A stretch of DNA of 64,000 nucleotides from Armatimonadota bacterium (GCA_025353925.1 JANXNV010000093.1:1786-65785), one strand, 5' to 3'; positions 1-8,791 are shown, counted from the first letter of the stretch. The notes: a model not told the origin generated them from the sequence alone. A program made the numbers and translations.

Positions 1-923
1 TCACGGACACGCGCAAGGCGCAGGCCGCCGCCGCGATCGCTTCGATCAAGCCGATCCAGGACAAGCTGGATTTCGTCACTGCCGTGCAAGCCTACAACCG
101 CCAGCAAGTTGCGCTGTACAACACCCTGGCTTATGCCAGCCCGAAGTCCAGTCTGATCTACACGGATGCTGCTTATACCGGTTCCACGATGAACATCAAA
201 GCGTACTCCCCCAGTGTCGATGTCGTGGGCCGCTACCTCCAGGCCATGTATCAGGAGCCGGATTTCAAGACAGTGGCAGTGGATAAAGTCCCTGGTTACC
301 CGGACAACGTTCGCCACCTGTACTTCCTGAAAGGCCGGATGGTTTTTGCCGACGGTGCGACAGGCAGTACTGGTGGCAGCCAGCAAAGCTCGCAAGGCGG
401 CAGTCAGAGCAGCTACCCTGGAGGCCGGGGGGGCAGTAGTTACAGCAGCAGCAGTTTTAGCGGCAGCAGGGGGGGGCAGTCTGGAAGCAGTGTCGGCCCA
501 TCCGGGTACACGCCGGCCAACCTCGGGCCGAACGGTCCAACGAATATCCCGCCCGGTGTCGGGCCGCCGCCTCCGGAGCTAATCGGTGGAACCACCAATT
601 CGTCCCAGACCGGGCAGAACGGCAGCGGCGCGGGAGCAGGGCAGACGGGAACTTACAGTCCGGCATTCCTGGCTATCGCCGACCGAAACCTCAGCCCATT
701 TATTCTTCCGGAAGCGCTCGAAGCCAGCCGCAAGCGGTTCCTGCGTCAAGTCGTTATGGTCAATGCTCCCAAGGGATTTGAGATCAATGTCACTGCAGAG
801 CTGAAACAGCCACTGACTCCTCCCACGCTGCCGGGGACCGCCCCTGCCGCCGCACCGGGAAGAGGTGCAGGCTTTGGCGGCGGGCCGGGCGGTCCTCCCG
901 GCGGCCCAAGCTCGCCGGGTTAA
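1..923 (+). CDS. pilN: PilN-like type IV pilus assembly protein, 5'-partial, with an internal G/S/Q-rich low-complexity insert
   Basis: The frame (phase from nt 3) has no stop back to the window edge, and the first listed start is only a GTG at 84. It lies directly upstream of the PilO/PilP/secretin genes. It has a coiled-coil-like N part (KAQAAAAIASIKPIQDKLDF), then GGSQQSSQGGSQSSYPGGRGGSSYSSSSFSGSRGG, then a second folded-looking segment. The call rests on synteny and architecture only. Confidence 0.5.
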   Translation, partial: TDTRKAQAAAAIASIKPIQDKLDFVTAVQAYNRQQVALYNTLAYASPKSSLIYTDAAYTGSTMNIKAYSPSVDVVGRYLQAMYQEPDFKTVAVDKVPGYPDNVRHLYFLKGRMVFADGATGSTGGSQQSSQGGSQSSYPGGRGGSSYSSSSFSGSRGGQSGSSVGPSGYTPANLGPNGPTNIPPGVGPPPPELIGGTTNSSQTGQNGSGAGAGQTGTYSPAFLAIADRNLSPFILPEALEASRKRFLRQVVMVNAPKGFEINVTAELKQPLTPPTLPGTAPAAAPGRGAGFGGGPGGPPGGPSSPG

Positions 924-938
924 GGCACTGAGAAAACC

Positions 939-1697
939 ATGAAAAACACTCAAACAAATCCACTTCTGGTTGCGATCATCGGAATCGTGCTCAGCCTGAT
1001 GGCCGTCGCCGGGATCGCCTTTGGACTGATCAAGCCGACTCAAGAAAAGATCGGTGCTGCGCAGGCTCGCCTCGACGCCGCCGAACCCGACAGCAGAGTG
1101 TCGGCACAAAACAAAGCTCTGAAGGGCCTGAATGACGCAAATTTGAAGGTGCGGATGGTGCAAAACGTCTGGGCGCAAAAAGATGCCGCTCTGATGCCGC
1201 GCTACGATGTCAGCAACCGGCTCGGCGCACTGAAGCAGCTGACTACGGAGCTGACGCAAAATCTGGGGCCGAACCTGGAGCGCCACGCCCGGCTGTCGCC
1301 GGTCCGGTCCACATCGCTCTTTAATTTGCCTGCCCCGCCAGTCAATCCGAACGATATTACGAACGCCCCCGTCGTGATTCCACTTGGAACAATCACGGAT
1401 ATCGGTCAATTTCGCAGCATTTTGACCAATGTCTACAACTGGCAGGGCTTCAACCGTTTGGTGCTGATCGATAATCTGGCACTGCATGGCAACAGTCCGT
1501 ATATGCAGGGTACCTACACGGCAACGCTGTACGTGTTTCCGCAGAACGATACCAAGCTGCCTCCAATCATCGCCGCCGCCGGAGGAGGGCCGACCGCTGC
1601 GACAGGCGGGCGCGGCGCATCCTCCTTCGGCGGGCAGAGTCCGTACGGATCGGGTTCCGGTTCAAGAGGGCCGGGTGGACCTCCCACCGGCCGCTGA
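939..1697 (+). CDS. pilO: PilO-like type IV pilus assembly protein with a Gly/Ser-rich C-terminal tail
   Basis: N-terminal TM helix (LLVAIIGIVLSLMAVAGIAFGL), a coiled-coil segment, then a PilO-like alpha/beta core (IPLGTITDIGQFRSILTNVYNWQGFNRLVLIDNLAL...TYTATLYVF). Tail is GGGPTAATGGRGASSFGGQSPYGSGSGSRGPGG. ATG lies 16 nt after the upstream stop. Confidence 0.6.
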   Translation: MKNTQTNPLLVAIIGIVLSLMAVAGIAFGLIKPTQEKIGAAQARLDAAEPDSRVSAQNKALKGLNDANLKVRMVQNVWAQKDAALMPRYDVSNRLGALKQLTTELTQNLGPNLERHARLSPVRSTSLFNLPAPPVNPNDITNAPVVIPLGTITDIGQFRSILTNVYNWQGFNRLVLIDNLALHGNSPYMQGTYTATLYVFPQNDTKLPPIIAAAGGGPTAATGGRGASSFGGQSPYGSGSGSRGPGGPPTGR

Positions 1698-1788
1698 GAT
1701 ATTTTATCGAGTTATCGAATTATGAAGTCTTTTCGGGTAGAACGACTCGAAGGTTGCATCACTCTCCGAAAAGCGAGGACTGGGTTTA

Positions 1789-2613
1789 ATGGACTGGCTG
1801 AAAGATAAGAAAAACCTGCCGATTGTGGTTGGTCTGGCGGTATTCGTGCTGCTGGCAGCGGGCGGTTTGATCGCCTTCGAGACCGGTTTGTTTAGCGGCA
1901 GCCCGGCCCCGGCATCTGTCGCGTCGTCACCTGCTGCCGGCGGACCTATTGGGCCGGGAAGCTATCCTCCCGGCAGTCCCGGCTCTCCCGCAAGTTCTTC
2001 CTACCCAGGCAGTCCTTCGTATCCGGGACGTCCGCCGACCGACGGAGCTGCTTCCTATGGTGGCCGCGCGGCATCCACCCTTCCGGCAGTCTCGAAGTCA
2101 CCGAATCTGATCAACCCGGCAAAAGGTCCGGATCCGTTCAGCATCCCTGGCGGGCAGAAAATCTACCAGAAGCAGGTTGTCGCCGCTCTCGTCGGCACGG
2201 CGACCGGTATGCCCCCGCCTCTCCGGGAGTTACTGCCGAGGTACGACCTCTTCACGATCCATGCGCCGCCGCCCCCCGCCGTCGTCGTGGGGCCGAACAG
2301 CGACCCTGGATCCCAAAACTACAAGCTGACGGGGATATTGAACTCAGAGGGCAGCGTCCTCGCGATCATGGAAACTGGTGGTCAGTCCCAGACGGTCAAG
2401 CCCGGTGACAGCCTGCCGGACGGTGGCAAAGTCGTTTCGATCCAAGAGTCGAGCATCACGCTGCGGACGCCCGGCGGCTCCACCGTCACCGTGCCGCTGT
2501 CGACGGGATCCGGCTCACCCGATCAATTCCAGAACGGGCAAAATGGACAGAACGGTCAATTCGGTCAGGATCCGAACCAGCCAAACTTCCCCGGGCAGCC
2601 GTTCAATCCGTAG
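1789..2613 (+). CDS. pilP: PilP-like pilus assembly protein (TM anchor, P/S/G-rich linker, C-terminal beta domain, Q/N/G tail)
   Basis: TM helix (LPIVVGLAVFVLLAAGGLIAF), a long PGS-rich linker, then a PilP-like beta domain (YKLTGILNSEGSVLAIMETGGQSQTVKPGDSLPDGGKVVSIQESSITLRTPGG). Tail is QFQNGQNGQNGQFGQDPNQPNFPGQPFNP. It sits between the pilO-like and secretin genes. Confidence 0.5.
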   Translation: MDWLKDKKNLPIVVGLAVFVLLAAGGLIAFETGLFSGSPAPASVASSPAAGGPIGPGSYPPGSPGSPASSSYPGSPSYPGRPPTDGAASYGGRAASTLPAVSKSPNLINPAKGPDPFSIPGGQKIYQKQVVAALVGTATGMPPPLRELLPRYDLFTIHAPPPPAVVVGPNSDPGSQNYKLTGILNSEGSVLAIMETGGQSQTVKPGDSLPDGGKVVSIQESSITLRTPGGSTVTVPLSTGSGSPDQFQNGQNGQNGQFGQDPNQPNFPGQPFNP

Positions 2614-2647
2614 AGTAATTCTTCTCCGAACCGAAAGGCGGCGATGC

Positions 2648-3070
2648 ATGGCAGGATTTTTCAGCCGAATGCCGATACTGATGTTAGGGCTTGCCTGTAT
2701 GACGTTTCTCATGCCCATGGCACAGGCGCAGTCGGCGGCTCCTTTTCAAAAAACCGGCTCGAGCCGTTACCAATTTACGAAGATCCGCATCAAGCACTAC
2801 GATGCCGGGGTGATCGCGGACCTGATCACGCGGCCCGACGGCATCATCGCTGTCCCGCCGAACTTTGTTGTTCCTGCGGGAACGGCTGCGCCGCAGAAAG
2901 CCGCCCCAACTGCCGCAGCAAATCCGAATACTGCACTCAGCCCGAATACTACAGCGAATGTAATGCCGGAAGGTGTGCGCCGGATATTTGTACTCGAAAG
3001 TGACAACTCTCTGGTGATTGAGGCAACGCCGGAAGGTCTTGCTTCTCTCACTCTCGCCCTTTCTCTCTAG
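2648..3070 (+). CDS. Small secreted protein paralogous to the middle (N1-like) periplasmic region of PilQ
   Basis: ATG at 2648 inside track ORF 2378..3070. Signal peptide MAGFFSRMPILMLGLACMTFLMPMAQA. The motif VRRIFVLESDNSLVIEATPEGLASL matches PilQ VARIFALQSNNSLLIEATPEGYSQV, and KHYDAGVIADLI matches PilQ QHAVPADILKLM. Confidence 0.6.
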   Translation: MAGFFSRMPILMLGLACMTFLMPMAQAQSAAPFQKTGSSRYQFTKIRIKHYDAGVIADLITRPDGIIAVPPNFVVPAGTAAPQKAAPTAAANPNTALSPNTTANVMPEGVRRIFVLESDNSLVIEATPEGLASLTLALSL

Positions 3071-3090
3071 GTGACGACAAAGGAAAAATC

Positions 3091-3879
3091 ATGAACATGC
3101 TATTCAGCCGCCGGATAATCGCCCTCGCACTGGGCGGAGTTGTGCTCCTCAGCAGCGCGGCTCTCGCTCCCGCCGTTCGGGCGCAGGATGCAGCAGCGGG
3201 CGAGCCGACCAAGCCCATTTCCCTGAACCTGCACAACGTGCCGATTCAGACCGCGCTTCAGCTTTTGTTCACCGGAGCCGGGATCCGCAACACGAGCATC
3301 GACAGCGATGTTCAAGGATCCGCCAATATCACGGTCAGTGATGTTCCCTTTAACCTTGCCCTGCGCACACTGCTCGGCTCGGTCAATCCGCCACTCACCT
3401 ATGATATCGTGGACGGAGTTTATAAGGTCAAGGTTCTGCGTGCCGTGGCACCGCCCGCCCCTCCGGTGGTCTCGACGACGCCGGTCATCGATGCGAACGC
3501 CACCGGCAACGCTCCGGCGGATGGCCCCAAGCGTTTTTACCACATCCCGATTGACAAATACGACGCATATTACATCGCGCGTCTGCTCGGTGCTCAGGGC
3601 ATCGTCCAAGTCGGCATCAACGATGTCGTTCAGGCTGGGGGCGGCCAGGGGAACAATGGCGGCGGCAACAATAATCGCCAGGGCGGCTTTGGCGGCGGCA
3701 GCAGCTTCGGGGGCGGCAGCGGCTTTGGCGGCGGCAGCTTCGGCGGCGGCAGCGGCCCGAACATCACCTCTATCGGTGGTGCCTCCGGCGGCGGCTTTGG
3801 CGGCGGCAGCAGCTTCGGCGGCGGCGGCTTCAGTGGCGGCGGCCGGTATGGCGGCGGCGGCGGGTACCGCGGCTTTTAG
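3091..3879 (+). CDS. Secreted protein with a secretin N0/STN-like domain and a Gly/Phe-rich C-terminal tail
   Basis: Signal peptide (IIALALGGVVLLSSAALAPAVRAQD). ISLNLHNVPIQTALQLLF...ALRTLL...DGVYKVKV parallels the PilQ N-terminal domain (VNIDVVGEKLQTVLNIL...ALRTIAL...DGVYVFS). Tail is GGFGGGSSFGGGSGFGGGSFGGG...GGRYGGGGGYRGF. Confidence 0.6.
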   Translation: MNMLFSRRIIALALGGVVLLSSAALAPAVRAQDAAAGEPTKPISLNLHNVPIQTALQLLFTGAGIRNTSIDSDVQGSANITVSDVPFNLALRTLLGSVNPPLTYDIVDGVYKVKVLRAVAPPAPPVVSTTPVIDANATGNAPADGPKRFYHIPIDKYDAYYIARLLGAQGIVQVGINDVVQAGGGQGNNGGGNNNRQGGFGGGSSFGGGSGFGGGSFGGGSGPNITSIGGASGGGFGGGSSFGGGGFSGGGRYGGGGGYRGF

Positions 3880-3924
3880 TTGAATTATCAAAGTGCCAAA
3901 AGAATTGACACAGGAGAACACGAT

Positions 3925-5721
3925 ATGCGCTTCATTCAAAAACGGCGGGTCTTGACCACCGCCTGCTGCGGCCTGCTGACACTCGGCGGTCTGACGGCGG
4001 CAGTCGCCCCGCATCCGGCCTTTGCCCAGAGTGCGGAGCAGGGCAGCAAAGTCAACATCGATGTTGTCGGCGAAAAGCTTCAGACTGTCTTAAACATATT
4101 AGGGCGTCAGGCCAATATCGAAACAGTGGTACAAGAAGGTGATAGCCCTTTCAAGCTCATCAACGTCCACCTTTCGGAGTCGTCACTGCCCAAAGCCCTG
4201 CGAACAATCGCACTGAGCGCCAACGCCCGGGTCAAGCGGAACGAAGACGGCGTTTACGTGTTCTCGCAGGACTCCGACACTTCCTCGACGCCAAGTGCCG
4301 CGCCGCAGCCCGTAGCGGCTCCGGCACCGGTGCAGAACGCCGCCAATACTCAGAATTCGGCGAACGACAACCCGGAGCTGCGCTTCGCCCCCGGCGAACT
4401 GCATTGGCAAGCCCTTGTGCTGCAGCATGCCGTCCCCGCCGATATCTTGAAGCTGATGCAATGGGACCGCAATGTGGTCGAGCTGAAGCCTTTCGAGGCC
4501 CTTCGGATGCCGGAAGCACGACCTGTGATCTCCTCTACGCAGCCGTTTAACTCTTCGCAGACCCAGCAGCAGCAGTCGCCGTATTCGAGCTATCCCTCGG
4601 TTCCGATCGGCACCGGGAATGCACAAAACAACGGCGCGAACTACGCCCACCGCAGTGCCGATCCGGCCTCGCCTGAGCAGGCCAACCAGTTCCCCGGCGG
4701 CTTCGGACAAGGCGGCTTCGGACAAGGCGGCTTCGGACAGGGCGGCTTCGGACAGGGCGGCTTCCAGCAGGGCGGTTTTCAGCAAGGCGGCTTCCAGCAG
4801 GGACAGCAAGGTCAGCCCGGCGGCCCGCAGGGCGGCGGGGCGTTGCCGACCGGCGTAGCCCGTATCTTTGCGCTGCAAAGCAACAACTCCCTGCTCATCG
4901 AGGCGACCCCGGAAGGCTACAGCCAAGTCAAGCAGATCGTTAAGATTTTGGACATCGCCCCGCGTCAGGTGCAGATCAAAGTCGAGTTTGTCACCGCCAG
5001 TGTCGCCGATGTCGATAACCTGGGAATCAACTTCGATTTGGTGCCCTTCCCCGGCCTGGAACTGGCTTCGAGGCAGGGAGATTCCACGATTGTCAGCAAC
5101 GTCGCTCCGACCTTCCTGCAGTACGCGACGGGAAATGTCGTAGCGCAACTCTACCAGACCCTGACCCGCTCACGCGGTAAAGTCGTGCAGGCACCGCTGA
5201 TTACCACGACGAACAACGTCACGGCCAGCATCGAAGTCAACACGCAGATTCCCTTCTTCACGACCACGGTCGTCAATACGGGCGGCGTCAACAACGGCAC
5301 TGCAACAGGCCAGCAAGCAAACTTCCTGCAGCTCCAAACCGGCCTGACCGTTACCCCGCGCATCAACAGCGACGACTCAGTCACACTGAACCTTGCTCCG
5401 CAGATCACAGACACCACCGGGCAGTCGCCGGTCGGTGGCATCCCGCCGACAATCACCCAGCGTGTCACCACCCTGCGGACCGTGCGCAGCGGCGATACGA
5501 TGGTGCTCGGCGGGCTTGTTCGCAAACAGGAGACTTCCTCGACCCAGCGTATTCCGCTCCTGGCGGACATTCCCTTCTTCGGCAACCTGTTCCGGACACG
5601 CTCCAAGCAAACGAACGACCAGGAATTGCTGATCTTTGTGACACCGACGATTATCGGCGAGAGCAACGACAGCGCGACCGCCAACGCAAACGGCGGCCAG
5701 AGCGCCACCGTTACACCGTAG
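3925..5721 (+). CDS. pilQ: Type IV pilus secretin PilQ
   Basis: ATG at 3925 (MRFIQKRRVL..., signal-like LTLGGLTAAVAPHPAFAQ). The C-terminal secretin signature is RIPLLADIPFFGNLFRTRSKQTNDQELLIFVTPTII, with N0- and N1-like domains upstream. It carries an internal GGFGQ/GGFQQ repeat. A terminator follows. Confidence 0.9.
   Translation: MRFIQKRRVLTTACCGLLTLGGLTAAVAPHPAFAQSAEQGSKVNIDVVGEKLQTVLNILGRQANIETVVQEGDSPFKLINVHLSESSLPKALRTIALSANARVKRNEDGVYVFSQDSDTSSTPSAAPQPVAAPAPVQNAANTQNSANDNPELRFAPGELHWQALVLQHAVPADILKLMQWDRNVVELKPFEALRMPEARPVISSTQPFNSSQTQQQQSPYSSYPSVPIGTGNAQNNGANYAHRSADPASPEQANQFPGGFGQGGFGQGGFGQGGFGQGGFQQGGFQQGGFQQGQQGQPGGPQGGGALPTGVARIFALQSNNSLLIEATPEGYSQVKQIVKILDIAPRQVQIKVEFVTASVADVDNLGINFDLVPFPGLELASRQGDSTIVSNVAPTFLQYATGNVVAQLYQTLTRSRGKVVQAPLITTTNNVTASIEVNTQIPFFTTTVVNTGGVNNGTATGQQANFLQLQTGLTVTPRINSDDSVTLNLAPQITDTTGQSPVGGIPPTITQRVTTLRTVRSGDTMVLGGLVRKQETSSTQRIPLLADIPFFGNLFRTRSKQTNDQELLIFVTPTIIGESNDSATANANGGQSATVTP
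4696..4800. repeat. 15-bp in-frame tandem repeat x7 inside pilQ (encodes GGFGQ x4, then GGFQQ x3)
   Basis: Units ggcggcttcggacaa / ggcggcttcggacag / ggcggcttccagcag were read directly. Unit boundaries are 4696, 4711, 4726, 4741, 4756, 4771, 4786. Confidence 0.9.
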
Positions 5722-5734
5722 GAAATTGCTCAGG

Positions 5735-5766
5735 AAAACCCGGCCCCTAGGGGTCGGGTTTTTTTA
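5735..5766 (+). terminator. Rho-independent terminator after pilQ
   Basis: Stem aaaacccggccc / gggtcgggtttt with a 4-nt loop and a run of T (5759-5765), 14 nt after the pilQ stop. Confidence 0.7.
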
Positions 5767-5817
5767 TGCCCGGTCCTATTTCTGTGCGTCATCCTATTTT
5801 CAGGTATAATAGGCATT

Positions 5818-7008
5818 ATGTTTAGATTCCTCACCGCCGGCGAGTCTCACGGCCCGGCTTTAACCGCAGTTATCGAAGGGGTGCCCGCCGGGCTGACCAT
5901 TACCGCCGAACCGATCAATGTTCAGCTCAAACGCCGTCAGGGCGGGTACGGACGCGGGGCGCGGCAAAAGATCGAGTCGGATACCGCCGAAATCTTGTCC
6001 GGCATCCGGTTCGGTCAGGCCATGGGCAGCCCGATCACGCTGGTGGTTCGGAACCGGGACTGGGCGAACTGGACCGTCAAAATGTCGGTTGAGCCGCTGG
6101 GTGAAGGCGAGGCTCCGCCTGAGATCACCGTGCCGCGCCCTGGTCACGCCGATTTCACGGGCATGATGAAGTTCGGCCATGATGACCTGCGCAACACGCT
6201 GGAGCGCTCCTCCGCCCGCAACACGGCGACCTTGGTCGCGGTCGGAGCCGTCGCCCGGATCCTGCTGGCGGAGTTCGGCATCTCGGTGGTCTCTCATGTC
6301 GTAAATATCGGCGGTGTCAAAGTCAATGCCGACAACATCGACCTGCGTCAGGTCGGCGCACTGGCCGAAGACAGTCCGGTTCGTGTGGCCGATAAAGACG
6401 CCGAAGCGGCGATCATTGCGGCCATCGACGCCGCCAAATATCGCGGCGATACCCTCGGGGGCACCTTCGAAGTCGTCGCCCTGGGTCTGCCCGTCGGCCT
6501 CGGCTCGTATACCCAGTGGGACACGCGTATCGACGGCAAGCTGGCTCAGGCGTTGATGTCGATCCAGGCGATCAAGGGCGTGGAAGTCGGAATTGGCTTC
6601 GGCGCGGCGGACGTTCCCGGCTCACAAGTCCATGATGCATTCTATTACGATCAGGCCGAGGGTGAGGAAGCCGCCCACTTCCGGCGCGGCTCCAACAATG
6701 CCGGCGGCACGGAGGGCGGCATTTCGAATGGGGAGCCTTTGGTGATCCGTGCGGCCATGAAGCCGATCGCGACCCTGATGAAGCAGCTGCCGTCGGTCAA
6801 CCTCCAGACCAAAGAGGGCGTCCCCGCCTTCGCCGAGCGCTCCGACGTTTGCGCCGTCCCCGCCGCCGCCGTCGTCGGCGAAGCGATGGTCGCCATCGTG
6901 CTGGCCGACCTGATGCGCGAAAAATTCGGCGGCGACAGCATCCAGGAAATGCGTGCCAATTACGACAGCTACCAGGCGACGATTGCGGTGCGTACCGCGC
7001 AGAAATAG
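5818..7008 (+). CDS. aroC: Chorismate synthase
   Basis: MFRFLTAGESHGPALTAVIEGVPAGL N-terminus, RPGHADF, and the full-length AroC pattern. TATAAT at 5805-5810 lies just upstream. Confidence 0.95.
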   Translation: MFRFLTAGESHGPALTAVIEGVPAGLTITAEPINVQLKRRQGGYGRGARQKIESDTAEILSGIRFGQAMGSPITLVVRNRDWANWTVKMSVEPLGEGEAPPEITVPRPGHADFTGMMKFGHDDLRNTLERSSARNTATLVAVGAVARILLAEFGISVVSHVVNIGGVKVNADNIDLRQVGALAEDSPVRVADKDAEAAIIAAIDAAKYRGDTLGGTFEVVALGLPVGLGSYTQWDTRIDGKLAQALMSIQAIKGVEVGIGFGAADVPGSQVHDAFYYDQAEGEEAAHFRRGSNNAGGTEGGISNGEPLVIRAAMKPIATLMKQLPSVNLQTKEGVPAFAERSDVCAVPAAAVVGEAMVAIVLADLMREKFGGDSIQEMRANYDSYQATIAVRTAQK

Positions 7009-7024
7009 AATAAGATCGAAGTAT

Positions 7025-7075
7025 CCCAGTCACGCAGTGACTTTCTCCGGGTAAACCAGCATTTTGATGCTGGTT
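7025..7075. repeat. Palindromic intergenic repeat, family B (single copy between aroC and aroK)
   Basis: cccagtcacgcagtgactttctccgggtaaaccagcattttgatgctggtt contains two hairpins (agtcac-gca-gtgact; ccagcat-tttg-atgctgg). It is about 85% identical to the two copies at 25954-26093. Confidence 0.8.
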
Positions 7076-7108
7076 CCCAATGCCGATGCTGGTTCAATGC
7101 AATAATTT

Positions 7109-7645
7109 ATGCGTCTAGCCCCAAACATTATCCTCATCGGCTTCATGGGGAGCGGCAAAAGTGCCGTAGGCCGCGCTTTGGCCGGTCGCCTCCGGTGGCG
7201 GCATCGGGACACGGATACGGAGATCGAGAGCGAAGCGGGATGTACGATTGCGGACCTATTTCTCGCCGAAGGAGAAGCGGCGTTCCGACAGCGCGAGACG
7301 GCGATTCTGGCCCGGCTCCTGACTGGCCTGGAAACCGAACCGACAATTCTCTCGACCGGCGGTGGGACACCCCTCCAGCCGGAAAGTGCCACTCTGCTGA
7401 AGCGGATGGGAACCGTCATCTGGCTGCAAGCCTCGTCGGAGGTGATTTGGGTACGGGTCGGCCCCAATCTTGCCAGTCGTCCGCTGCTGGCGGCGTATCA
7501 AGACAATCCCCAGGCGCGGATCGAAAGCCTTCTGACGGCACGCGCCCCGCTGTATGCGGCAGTCGCCGATTTTGCTTTGGACACGTCCATTTATGCCCGT
7601 CCTATGGAGGCGGCGGACCAAATACTCAGCCTTCTGAACCGTTGA
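7109..7645 (+). CDS. aroK: Shikimate kinase
   Basis: Walker A IILIGFMGSGKSAVGRALA, plus FRQRE and STGGG motifs typical of AroK. It lies between aroC and aroB. Confidence 0.9.
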   Translation: MRLAPNIILIGFMGSGKSAVGRALAGRLRWRHRDTDTEIESEAGCTIADLFLAEGEAAFRQRETAILARLLTGLETEPTILSTGGGTPLQPESATLLKRMGTVIWLQASSEVIWVRVGPNLASRPLLAAYQDNPQARIESLLTARAPLYAAVADFALDTSIYARPMEAADQILSLLNR

Positions 7646-7666
7646 CGGTTCCTCACGACGCGAACA

Positions 7667-8791
7667 ATGACTCAGCAAACACACACTGTCACGGTCCATC
7701 TCGGCGACCGCTCCTATGATATCCTCGTGGGACGCGGCTTAATTTCTTCGCTCGGCAATGAGATGGCGGCCCGACTGGACCAGGGTGCCTCTTCGGGGCG
7801 GCAGGCATTGGTCGTTTCCAGCCCGGAGATCGCGGCCCTCTACGGGGCTGCTGTTTCCCAGAGTCTAGAGTCGGCAGGCTTCCAGGTGCATTCCGCTTTG
7901 ATTCCTGCGGGGGAGCAGTCTAAGTCGGCGGAGTCCGTCGCGCAGCTTTATCAGGCACTCTACGACATGGCGGCGGACCGGCGGACGGTGGTGGTCGCCC
8001 TCGGCGGCGGCGTGATCGGCGATCTGGCCGGGTTTGTCGCCGCGACTTACACGCGCGGCCTGGACTTCGTACAGGTGCCGACGACGCTGCTCGCGCAGGT
8101 AGACAGCAGTGTCGGCGGCAAGACTGGAGTCAACTTCGGCAGCGCGAAAAACCTGATCGGGGCGTTCCACCAGCCGCGCCTGGTCGTGATCGATCCCGAC
8201 ACGCTCCGCACGCTTCCCCCACGTGAACGCCGCTCCGGTCTCGCGGAAGTCATCAAATATGGTATAATAGCCGACAAAGTATTCTTTCATCTGCTCCGCC
8301 GCGAAATCAATGGTTTGCTGGACCTGACTTCCGAGCATCTGGCCTCCGTGCTGGCGCACTCGTGTACATTGAAAGCGCGAGTGGTCGAGCTGGACGAGCG
8401 AGACGAGGGCCTGCGGGCGATCCTGAACTTCGGCCACACGGTTGGGCATGCACTGGAAGCCGTCACGTCGTACCGGACTTATACGCACGGCGAGGCGATT
8501 GCCCTGGGCATGGTATCGGCGGCCTTGATCGGTGAAGAAGTAGGCATCACGCGGCCCGAGGATACCACTTCTTTGGTGACACTCCTTCGCGCAGCGGGGT
8601 TTACTGTGCGGCTGGACGCATCACACTCTTTGGACGAAATTGTTCGGCTGCTGGCCTGGGACAAGAAATCAGTCGGCGGCTCAGCCCGGTTCGTGCTCAT
8701 GGAGCAGATTGGCCATGCGACGCCAGCGCATCCAGTGCCGGAATCTGTCCTGCGACACGCTTTGCAGCGGCAAACGGCATTCACACTATGA
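7667..8791 (+). CDS. aroB: 3-dehydroquinate synthase
   Basis: GGGVIGDLAGFVAATYTRGLDFVQVPTTLLAQVDSSVGGKTGVN and FGHTVGHALE...HGEAIALGM are AroB signatures. Confidence 0.95.
   Translation: MTQQTHTVTVHLGDRSYDILVGRGLISSLGNEMAARLDQGASSGRQALVVSSPEIAALYGAAVSQSLESAGFQVHSALIPAGEQSKSAESVAQLYQALYDMAADRRTVVVALGGGVIGDLAGFVAATYTRGLDFVQVPTTLLAQVDSSVGGKTGVNFGSAKNLIGAFHQPRLVVIDPDTLRTLPPRERRSGLAEVIKYGIIADKVFFHLLRREINGLLDLTSEHLASVLAHSCTLKARVVELDERDEGLRAILNFGHTVGHALEAVTSYRTYTHGEAIALGMVSAALIGEEVGITRPEDTTSLVTLLRAAGFTVRLDASHSLDEIVRLLAWDKKSVGGSARFVLMEQIGHATPAHPVPESVLRHALQRQTAFTL

Noticed and set aside
579-5148. Long minus-strand ORFs (579..1487, 3100..4014, 4183..5148) and overlapping plus-strand ORFs across the pilus cluster
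   Set aside because: They are antisense or out of frame to genes that have clear motifs. Their products are Arg/Ala/Gly-rich, typical of spurious ORFs in high-GC DNA, and they mirror the low-complexity repeats of the real frames.
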